DNA of 32,000 bases from Wallemia ichthyophaga EXF-994 (Eukaryota > Fungi > Basidiomycota), in NCBI RefSeq assembly GCF_000400465.1, contig NW_008806277.1:510001-542000 (forward strand), in the 5' to 3' direction. Made by a program: the position numbers and the translations under genes. Below the pieces are notes generated by a model. It did not search any database and had not been told where the DNA came from. It saw only the letters and a program-made list of their open reading frames with translations. Every line of letters begins with the position of its first letter. Positions within the stretch are counted from its first letter, which is position 1. Positions 1 through 7,953 of the stretch are shown here, piece by piece.

Positions 1-990
1 AAAGAGGTCGCTGAAGAGCGGAAGCAACGTGACAAATACCCCCACATCCCCGATACACGGATATGACTTGAAGATGGCGAGAGTGCCGGCAAGGAAGGTG
101 TAAGCGAGCAGAGGTCTGTGGCTGTGTTGTGTGTTGGGTGTGCAGTAATTTGTCAGTGTTACTCTGTTCTGACATCTCAGACACCGACTCACCTCAGAAA
201 AATACACACGGGCAGTACATACACCACAGTATGCAGCTGCAGGACCAGCGTGAAGAACCCCTTGAATTGCTCAAACATTTCCACAAGCAGGTACCAGAAG
301 ACACCCGTGTTAGGTGTAAGGTCGTCGACACGTACGAGTGAGGTGTAAAGCGAGAGGAACGTCCAGTCAGCGGCGATGTAGCGACTGAGCGAGACAGCAG
401 CGGTGGTCGTAGCGAGGAAGATCGAGAGCAGCCGTGCGGTACCAAGCACACACTCACGCCTCAGCAATACCATTATGAGGGGAGGCAGGAGAGCAGCGGG
501 GTACATGAACAATGCACCCGCAAGCGAGAGGAAAGTTAGTGCCGGTAGTGCTCTGCCACGGTGAGCCAGCGAGACAGCACAAAGAACGAGCGCATTCTGC
601 AGCGAGACGGAGGAGCGGGCAACTGTGGTGAGCAGCGTGAGCGGGTTGTGCATGTACACCGCCGCACATGGCCTCGACAGTTTCGAAACGGCATATGCAG
701 TGGTTGCGTCGAGCGATATCCAGAAGAGCGGATGGTCGAGGTGGTGCAGGAGAGCGAGGAGAAGCGGCGAGTGCTTCTCGTAGCTCCCAATGGCCAGCGC
801 CTCCTTGACTATTGGTTGTCAGAAGGATACTGCGTCATCACAACACACACCAACCTCCGACGATTGAAGTGAAGGGCGTAGACAGCTCCAAGCGGAACTC
901 CAGCAGCGATGGCAGAGAAGTAGCGTAGAAGAGAAACAACCGCAGAGCAACGCCAGCAGCTATATGCAGCGAGAGTGAGGGTGGCATCAT
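1..990 (-). CDS. GAB1: GPI transamidase subunit PIG-U (Gab1/Cdc91); 3' end runs off the window
   Basis: Manual translation from ATG at 990 gives MMPPSLSLHIAAGVALRLFLF...RLELSTPFTS, then the ORF 189-659 segment with LTPNTGVFWYLLVEMFEQFKGFF, and after an intron AIFKSYPCIGD. These are PIG-U family motifs. At least two short GT-AG introns. Confidence 0.85.
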
Positions 991-1044
991 GGTTCAGAAA
1001 TAGAAATACAAGTCGGGTGTGCAGTACAAAACAAATAAATCACG

Positions 1045-1515
1045 CTATCCTTCTCTCCATCTGTGTAGGAGTGTTAGTAGGGCACTTGTAAAGCCACGCA
1101 CACCCACTGATTCGCGCATTTCGCATTCGTGCATCTGTAAAACGTCGTCATCGGCTCGTCCGCACTTCTGATCTGAATCTGCATGAAGAAAGCTCTGAGG
1201 TTCGAGCATTTCGGGCATTCGGCTGTGTAGAGTTTTCGTTAGCGGTGTCAATGCTAGCACCCATACACACCATCGGTCTGGTCGACATTCTTCCATGTCT
1301 CCTCTCCACCTAGCACATCATCAACCTCCTTACGTCTGAGCTTATGGCGCGTATTGAACTGCATAGCGTCAGCTAGCAGCCACACTACAACGTCCACCCA
1401 CCTGCTTGGTCATCGGGAATTGGTACGGGCAAATGGAACACGTCCACTTGTTGTTGGTCGTCTCCTCGTCCATTGCGCTGATAAGCATATTCGAGCATGT
1501 CGGGCAGAACAGCAT
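1045..1515 (-). CDS. RPC11: RNA polymerase III subunit C11 (TFIIS-like zinc ribbons)
   Basis: Spliced product MLFCPTCSNML...CSICPYQF...RKEVDDVLGGEETWKNVDQTD/AECPKCSNLRAFFMQIQIRSADEPMTTFYRCTNAKCANQWREG*. Three introns (first is 1359-1401). Acidic ADEP hairpin intact. Confidence 0.92.
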
Positions 1516-1576
1516 TCTTGTCGTTTTTCGGTGGTGTTTGAAGAGAGAAGTCGCTTTTTCGAGCATCCCAACGACC

Positions 1577-2179
1577 ATGTCGAATATATTCAGAAGAGGT
1601 TTATGTAGCGCAAGGGTTTTGTTAGAGGAGGCCTCGAGCAATTCCAAGGCAATGGCGTCTGCACATGCTGCACCAGATGCACAAACCACACCAACTGCAC
1701 AATCCACCAAGGAAAGCCTCGAGAAGAAATACACTCCCAGACCAAAGCAGCTGCCGAGTATTTTCACCAACAAGACACCCGTCGACCAGCGCGTACAGGT
1801 AAATCCCAACCACGGTCTCTACGCCTTCTTCGAGAGGAGGCCGGTCGACACTACACGCGGGGAGGTGAGCGACGGGACGGGCGACGGCAAGCAGATATCG
1901 TCTACGCTGCCAACATGGACTGAGTCGCAGAGTTTGTCGAGTAGGGCTTGGAGAGCCTCTGAATTACGCCTCAAGAGCTTCGAAGATCTCCACACACTCT
2001 GGTTCGTCCTCCTCAAAGAACGTAACCTCCTCGCCACCCAACTCGAAGAGGCGAGACGTCTTGGCGTCGATATCCAGCAGTCGACCAGAGTCAATGAGAG
2101 AAGATGGCGCGTACGCAAGGCCATGTCGAGGATCAAGGGTGTCTTGAGCGAGCGTCGCCATGCCATCCCTGTGGAGTAG
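1577..2179 (+). CDS. MRPL4: Mitochondrial ribosomal protein uL29m (MRPL4/MRPL47)
   Basis: Presequence-like start MSNIFRRGLCSAR; conserved HGLYAFF and RAWRASELRLKSFEDLHTLWFVLLKERNLLATQ...RVRKAMSRIKGVLSER. Intronless. Confidence 0.9.
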   Translation: MSNIFRRGLCSARVLLEEASSNSKAMASAHAAPDAQTTPTAQSTKESLEKKYTPRPKQLPSIFTNKTPVDQRVQVNPNHGLYAFFERRPVDTTRGEVSDGTGDGKQISSTLPTWTESQSLSSRAWRASELRLKSFEDLHTLWFVLLKERNLLATQLEEARRLGVDIQQSTRVNERRWRVRKAMSRIKGVLSERRHAIPVE

Positions 2180-2301
2180 CTTCTAATTGTGTGTGTATTG
2201 ATAAATTTCTATTTCATTTTCATTTCTCCGAGTCGGTGCAAATCTCTGTTTGTGCCTCTTGGACTGCAACCACGACCATCTGCACGCGCACACACCACAC
2301 A

Positions 2302-3030
2302 ATGTCCTCATCGCACCCTCTCAAGCTAGATGTTGTCGACGATGAGCTGCGACGCGAGAAACGGGGGAAGCAGCTGGCGACAGCGGCCGTGGACACGATG
2401 AACGATGTACGGGCGATTGAGCGGGCGAAAAAGGCGCAGGATCTGGTGGAATTGAAGCTCACAATGAAAATGACCGATGGCGCTTTATCACTTAGTGAAT
2501 TCAAACGCTCCCTCCCACTCCTCTCAGCGGCATCTCTCGCGCGCATCGAACATGAGAGGCATCTCGCTGATTTGTGCGCTTATCCAACTTGCAGTAACCG
2601 ACCACGCGGGGCTTATGGCAGTGCGCGTGACACACTACGCATCGATAGAATATCTCTCTCCGTTTACTCGCAGAATAGCAGTACAGATATCGCATTCTGT
2701 GGCTCGGTCTGCCAACAGCGCGCTCAATGGGCTCGCACGCGCTGTGTAGGCAAGGTCGAAAGCGATACCAGTCTGCTCGTTGATCGAAACCCTCATCAGC
2801 GTGTCAAACTGTTGGAGGAGTGGGGTGTGGATGGGGCTATGGATGAGGATACCAACAATACAGACACATACACACAGACAAACACCGACACAGTTTATAC
2901 ACCCGGCGATATCGTCGAACACCCCCCTTCTTCCAGCACCACCAACACCACCAACACCGCCAACACCGCCAACACCGCGAATAACCATGCTCATGCACGC
3001 GTTCGATGGAGTGATGAAGCACACCAATAA
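2302..3030 (+). CDS. RTR1: Rtr1/RPAP2-type RNA polymerase II CTD phosphatase
   Basis: ATG at 2302. EHERHLADLCAYPTCSN...FCGSVCQQRAQW matches the RPAP2/Rtr1 zinc-finger pattern (ER-x4-CxYPxCxN...FCxxxC). Low-complexity T/N-rich tail. Confidence 0.75.
   Translation: MSSSHPLKLDVVDDELRREKRGKQLATAAVDTMNDVRAIERAKKAQDLVELKLTMKMTDGALSLSEFKRSLPLLSAASLARIEHERHLADLCAYPTCSNRPRGAYGSARDTLRIDRISLSVYSQNSSTDIAFCGSVCQQRAQWARTRCVGKVESDTSLLVDRNPHQRVKLLEEWGVDGAMDEDTNNTDTYTQTNTDTVYTPGDIVEHPPSSSTTNTTNTANTANTANNHAHARVRWSDEAHQ
2938..2982 (+). repeat. Five imperfect 9-bp tandem repeats (ACCACCAAC x2, ACCGCCAAC x2, ACCGCGAAT)
   Basis: Read directly. Encodes TTN/TAN in the RTR1 frame and lies just upstream of the candidate PAP2 start codons. 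Confidence 0.9.
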
Positions 3031-3424
3031 AATTGTCACCGCAGCATGTATCCTCACCCTCATCACTCACCCTTGCTTCTCCTCGATCTACGCCATGGCT
3101 GGTGCCGGTATAGCAGCGTTGATTGCTAAAACACTCAAACGGTTCATCATCCACCCGCGCCCCTACCCTTCCTGTAAACACAACGGTATGCCAAGCACAC
3201 ACTCAACGGTAGCCGGGTGGCTATTCGTTAACCTCCTCAGTAGTGGTAGTGCTGTACACCCAGCCTTGAGGGTAGCGGGACTGCTCTACCTCATTGCCAT
3301 ACCCATCTCACGCATCACTTTAGGCCTACACAGTTGTGTGCAGGTGTCGTGCGGTGCGGCGCTAGGTGTTGTGCTCGCTCTAGGCGCTATCTACTTTCGG
3401 CAATTTGTCTTGAGTGTTTACTAG
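3014..3424 (+). CDS. PAP2-family membrane lipid/dolichyl-pyrophosphate phosphatase (short form)
   Basis: All three PAP2 catalytic motifs present: KRFIIHPRP (KxxxxxxRP), GMPSTHS (PSxH), SRITLGLHSCVQ (SRxxxxxHxxxQ), with hydrophobic segments. In-frame ATGs at 2987, 2993 and 3014; the start is uncertain, but each overlaps the RTR1 stop. Confidence 0.8.
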   Translation: MKHTNKIVTAACILTLITHPCFSSIYAMAGAGIAALIAKTLKRFIIHPRPYPSCKHNGMPSTHSTVAGWLFVNLLSSGSAVHPALRVAGLLYLIAIPISRITLGLHSCVQVSCGAALGVVLALGAIYFRQFVLSVY

Positions 3425-3600
3425 TTGTCTATGAATCATCATCTTACAATTAGCCGTGTGTGCTAGGTGTGTTGGGTGTTTTGTGTGCTGATTGTTGTGT
3501 GCTATGTGCTGTGCTTTGTTCAAGTGTGTTATGCGTTAATTAAATATACTATGCTCTCCTCAAATATGCTATGGGCTGCCTTAGCCTATACACCACCACA

Positions 3601-4179
3601 TCACATCTTGCTATGTCTTGGCGGATGGCCGAAGCCGTCATCGAGCCCAACATGCAATTCACCGGCAGCGATCGCGCGAATTAGAGCGTAATGGTGTATA
3701 GCATGCACGATAACGAAATGCAGCTATTAGTCATGGAAGTTGAGTGATTAGTTATGTTTGTCTGCCTGCGCACACGCGCCAACGACACGCACCTCTCTAG
3801 CATACGTAGAATTCAAAATGACAGGAGTGGGCGTATGTATGGTGAGCCGCACCTGTCTATACAGCCTCTGCCTCACCAAGCCATTATCGAAGAAGGTGAT
3901 GAGGTTAGAGAGGACATACCTCGCTGCGTCGATATCCCACTCTATAGCCCGGTTTTTCTCCACTACGTCAAAATCCAGTAGTGTATCTACGTTTGCTTCA
4001 TCACTCTTGACACCTCCGACAAATACTTGGAACCGCTCAAGGGTGTGTCGGACATGCTTGCTGATCGTCGAGTGCGGTGGCTGCGTTGAGCGCTGAATGT
4101 ACTGCGCTTGAGTAATCCTCTCAAGTAATCCTTGGCATTGCTGTAGCGTTCTCACTGCTAAAACTTCGAGTACGTGCAT
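3601..4179 (-). CDS. DinB/YfiT-like metal-dependent four-helix-bundle protein
   Basis: Exon 1 (4179-3793) has STISKHVRHTLERF and ends STYARE. Intron 3724-3792. Exon 2 (3723-3601, exactly 41 codons) reads LHFVIVHAIHHYALIRAIAAGELHVGLDDGFGHPPRHSKM*. The His pattern is DinB-like. Confidence 0.7.
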
Positions 4180-4949
4180 GTGATGGTAGTGAATTAAGGT
4201 TTTGTTAGCACATAAGCACATTAGTACATTATCGCATTACAATGATTGTCAGCGATTCAACAGGCAGATTGCAGTTACGCGTGCATCTCCTCAGCTCGTG
4301 GTCGCTACAACTCCACCTTGCCCACACAAACAAAGCAATTTACAGAATTTTAGTGGCAGAACACGCTACATAAAGCACACAACCACTTTGCAGCTAATTT
4401 TAAATTCTTTAACTGCTGTTTGTTACGCTGTTTGCGCGGCGTGTGTAATTGAAACGTAAACAGAATTCGATCCAGCTACAGTGACGCTATCATGGCCCAG
4501 GCATGTTAATTGAGTTGATGGATTAGCCGCGCGTATCCGCATGACCCATTCACGTGCGTCATCGAGGTAGATAATCCCCCGCAAGTCCTTTAGACCACCA
4601 CCACCACCACCAACCTCTACGGCCCACACTCTTTACTTGTTGATCACAGCAGATGTCCTCTCTTTCAGCGCCGTCGCATGGCCCCGCTTCGACTCCGCCT
4701 CTCGCCAGACTTGCGAAACTCGCTCGAGCTGTGAAATACCGTGGTGAGTGGGTTATTGCGTGGTGGGTGCATGCAAACACTAATGATTAGAGCTCTCCAC
4801 AGCGGCTGCTCTATCCAATTTATTTTCACGGGGCAAAAAAACACAAACACACACCACCCACCACTCTGCTCAACCCCCACTCGCACCCCACCAAGGAACG
4901 GGTACGTCATCTTCCCCGTTCTTTCTCACTCACTCAATTACTCACAGAC

Positions 4950-5606
4950 AGGCGGGGTAGACAGCTCCAGCGCAAGCGCCAGCGCGTCAACTCCCTCCCA
5001 CCTTCGCTCATACTCGACGGATTGGGCAGTGGGCTCGAGGAGAGCATCAAAGAAGGACTCGAAATGCACAGCAAAGAAGGCGGTATCGGGCTATTGAAGT
5101 TGCCCAATATGCGCCTTGACAGTTACGCTATTAGTCACGGTAATCACGTCGGCCATGCCAGCCACACCAACCACACCAACAATACCAGCAAAAGCAAACA
5201 TCCAGTGAGAACTTCAGCCACAACCAACACCACCTCAAATACCGCAAACACTATGCTCGAATCGACCACCCTTTCTGCTTCCACCCTCACCGCTGACTCG
5301 TCAATCATCAAACTTGTCGATTTCGCGGGTGTGGATGAGGATCTAAAGTTGTTCACAAAGGGTCAGAGCCACTCCTCTCCCAATGTTCTTCTCTTTCGCG
5401 ATGTAGCGGATGAGATTCACAACGCTCGCCTCACCCACCACTCCCAAGGTAGAAGCGGTGTCGCTGAGAGCCACTACACCAGCTGTGGCACTTGCAGTGA
5501 ACCGGAGATTGGCTGCGATGAGGCTGTGCTCGGTGATGGCTTTGGTATGAATACCATTCTGCGTCGTGATACTGTTAAGGCTATGTATGGTGTCGATGCG
5601 GCCTAG
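4950..5606 (+). CDS. Hypothetical protein; 5' end unresolved
   Basis: Frame is open from about 4950 (RRGRQLQRKRQRVNSLPPSL...) to TAG at 5606, preceded by a clear GTACGT...CAG intron starting at 4892. Low-complexity H/T/N middle. No family recognised. Confidence 0.45.
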   Translation, partial: RRGRQLQRKRQRVNSLPPSLILDGLGSGLEESIKEGLEMHSKEGGIGLLKLPNMRLDSYAISHGNHVGHASHTNHTNNTSKSKHPVRTSATTNTTSNTANTMLESTTLSASTLTADSSIIKLVDFAGVDEDLKLFTKGQSHSSPNVLLFRDVADEIHNARLTHHSQGRSGVAESHYTSCGTCSEPEIGCDEAVLGDGFGMNTILRRDTVKAMYGVDAA

Positions 5607-6140
5607 TTGCTTTATTCTTCAACTATCTCTAATTGTCCCTAGCAATCTTCAAGTATCTTTCATCTCTGCAATATCTCAAACGCCTTCACATTCTTTCAAG
5701 CAGGTTGTTCATTAGTCTGTTTCACACTCGTTATTCCTCTCACTTCTATCTCATCTGCTCACTCCCACTTGTTGTCTCCATAGCAAACATGTTGTATTGA
5801 AATACAAAATGTATCTATAGCTTGTATAAACGCTGCTCAATTCATGTCGTCTTTGCATTCTCTGTACCAAGGTGGAAAGTCAAGATAAGATTTGAAAATG
5901 TAAAACACTCTCAAGAAATATCATGACACGTTTTGCTATTATTACTTTCAAAATGACGAAAAATCTATCTGTGTAGTTTACGGATCGAATTGGCTGCAGA
6001 GTCTATCGATTAAAGCATATAAATGATATTTCTGGAACAATATTTCACGCTTCATATACGGCACTGAATCACTTTTTCCCTATTATCACAACACGGCTTC
6101 GGTAGATCACAATATAGAAAAGTCCACGACCTTCAGAAAA

Positions 6141-6510
6141 TCATCTTTCAAATTCATATTGCTGATTTATTAGCTTATTATTTCCTTTGATCTCGTTCTT
6201 CTTGTCGCTTAGAACTTTATTTGAAAGGATATATTTCATCTCGAGCCTAAATCGTAAACCATATATCCTCCTCCTCAACGATAATCTTGCTTGATCGAGC
6301 TTAATACGTGTTAAAATCTTGTGTGTGATACTGTCCACTTCACCGCACTTGCTGCAAAGTGTTGAGTCTGAAAATTTGAGTCGGAATCGGGAAGACTTGG
6401 AAGTAGAGAATTGTCTTGAGCAGATCTGTGTGGTCACACTTCACGTAGCACGCGCAAGCTTGTTGAGCATCCTGGCCGCCTGAGTAGAAGTCATTGATGA
6501 ACTCTTTTAA
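6141..6510 (-). mobile_element. Decayed 3' fragment of a non-LTR (LINE/Tad1-like) retrotransposon ORF2
   Basis: Minus frame reads RMLNKLARAT*SVTTQICSRQFSTSKSSRFRLKFSDSTLCSKCGEVDSITHKILTRIKLDQARLSLRRR. This resembles the LINE C-terminal pattern L.R...S.LTQLR.GH...SP.C..CG..ETV.H.L..C..Y...R..LR. It has an internal stop, and the final Cys is CGT, one change from TGT. Confidence 0.5.
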
Positions 6511-6872
6511 AAGCTTCTTAAAGCAAATCAGCACAGCGAATAACAAGGACACCGCAAAAGTCTCAGAAGAACATAAAAAACAATAAGAAGTGTAAATTTG
6601 ATGATAATGATGATGATATCTGAATACATTGTTAAGACGATACATGTTTAAACTGCGGCCATCAATAATTCGTAAGGAAACGGGAGTCAAAGGGGTTGCC
6701 GAATTTCCTGGAAGCGTTTCTAGACTAGCGTCTTAATTTATATATTTCAATGGTCCTCAAATTCTTTGAACAACCGGACTGTATTTGGTTAATAAAATTG
6801 AAATTTTTAGCAGCAGATTTGAAACATCATGTCACCCAAAGTTATATTACTTTCACATGAAGACATCATCAA

Positions 6873-6963
6873 GCATTAATGGGGTAGTGGTAACCTCGAT
6901 CGTTGCCATCTAACAACGTTTGATAAATTCGATCGGCCCCCGGTTCAATTCCGGGTTAATGCA
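6873..6963 (+). tRNA. tRNA-Gly(GCC): tRNA-Gly(GCC) with a 20-nt canonical intron (6909-6928)
   Basis: Acceptor stem GCATTAA/TTAATGC, D arm GGGT-AGTGGTA-ACCT, anticodon stem GATCG/CGATC with loop TT-GCC-A[intron]T, T arm CCCGG-TTCAATT-CCGGG. Mature length 71 nt. T runs at 6977-6980 and 6985-6989 can act as Pol III terminators. Confidence 0.95.
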
Positions 6964-7349
6964 AGAAAATTTCTAATTTTAGAATTTTTAGTTTCTCTGT
7001 AAATTCAATTTTATCAGATTTTGTTTTACGTAGTCAGCCGCTAACTTATACCAACGAATGTATATTCAATCTTTCTAGAGCCTTCGAGTCACACTCAATC
7101 ACCACCTCACAATTTGTTTCTCATTCATTTGCACTACTCGCCTCTTAAAAATCCCGTTCTAGTCCTTTCTATCAAATATTTGTTCTGCTTTGGCCTTCTC
7201 AACGCACTCATATCTGCAAATCTGGACCAAAAGTGAACCTCACCCACCTTCACATTCTTGTGTCTGCTGAATATCCGGTATGACCGCGCGCGTGCCTTCA
7301 CCAAAGGTAAAACTAAAAGTGAGACTAAAATTCAAACTAAAAATTGCGA

Positions 7350-7358
7350 TATATAAAA
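7350..7358 (+). promoter_or_regulatory. TATA box of the hydrophobin gene
   Basis: TATATAAAA about 60 nt upstream of ATG 7412, followed by an A/C-rich leader. Confidence 0.6.
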
Positions 7359-7411
7359 GGAGAACAGACTCTTGAAATAATACTACAATCAACTATTCGT
7401 CCAATCTCACT

Positions 7412-7773
7412 ATGATCGCTCAAACCATCTTCGCTGCTGCTCTCGTCGCCTCTGTCTCAGCTGGCTGGGAATCTAAGACCGGCTCATGTAATACTGGAAA
7501 GCTCGCGTGCTGCGATACCAACAAGAAGGTCCAAAAGTCAACCGGTGAAGAATCAGGCCTCCTCCACACCGGTGACGTCCTCGACCAAGTCGCCATCCAA
7601 TGCACTCAAATCCCTCTCCTCATCGGAGTAGCAATTGAGGGTTAGTGAAAACGCTCGCTTTATATCACAACTAACACCCCACAGACGAGTGCAAGAACAC
7701 CCCAACCTGTTGTGAAGATGTCAAGGACGATGGTCTCGTCGGTATCAACTGCACTCCAATCCCTCTCATTTAA
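7412..7773 (+). CDS. Class I hydrophobin (secreted, acidic), 105 aa
   Basis: join(7412..7640,7685..7773), 318 nt. Signal peptide MIAQTIFAAALVASVSA. Eight Cys in the C-CC-C-C-CC-C pattern: SCNTGKLACC...IQCTQIP...DECKNTPTCCEDV...INCTPIPLI*. Confidence 0.95.
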
Positions 7774-7934
7774 AGGCTGTTTGCCAGCATTTGTAGAATT
7801 CAACATTAGATAATACTTTATAAGCCCTAGTCACCTTGATGTCTCACTATCTCATCCATGCAAATACGCGAAGCACACTTGCGACTACGCCACATCTATA
7901 AGAAGATGCATGTCCGAAAGCAAATATCCAATAC

Positions 7935-7952
7935 AAAAAAAAAAAAAAAAAA
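7935..7952 (+). repeat. A18 homopolymer (T18 one base after the oxidase stop on the minus strand)
   Basis: Read directly. Confidence 0.9.
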
Positions 7953-7953
7953 C

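Noticed and set aside
118-872. Plus-strand ORFs (118-348, 129-341, 561-872) and other short ORFs over PIG-U
   Set aside because: Shadow frames of the PIG-U gene, with no motifs.
1406-1576. Apparent N-terminal extension of MRPL4 in the ORF track
   Set aside because: It is antisense to RPC11 exon 1 and begins at a non-ATG codon. The presequence-like sequence starts at ATG 1577.
3440-3540. GT-rich low-complexity tract and hydrophobic ORF 3467-3691
   Set aside because: Looks like a GU-rich 3' flank between convergent genes. The hydrophobic translation is a by-product of TG repeats.
5610-5800. Purine-rich minus strand resembling a coiled-coil ORF with several TGA/TAA stops
   Set aside because: Could be a C-to-T decayed ORF, but all frames are broken and nothing is recognisable. 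Too weak to call, and RIP cannot be inferred from it.
7935-7952. A18 as the poly(A) tail of a retrocopied hydrophobin
   Set aside because: The hydrophobin keeps its intron and TATA box, and no target-site duplication is visible.
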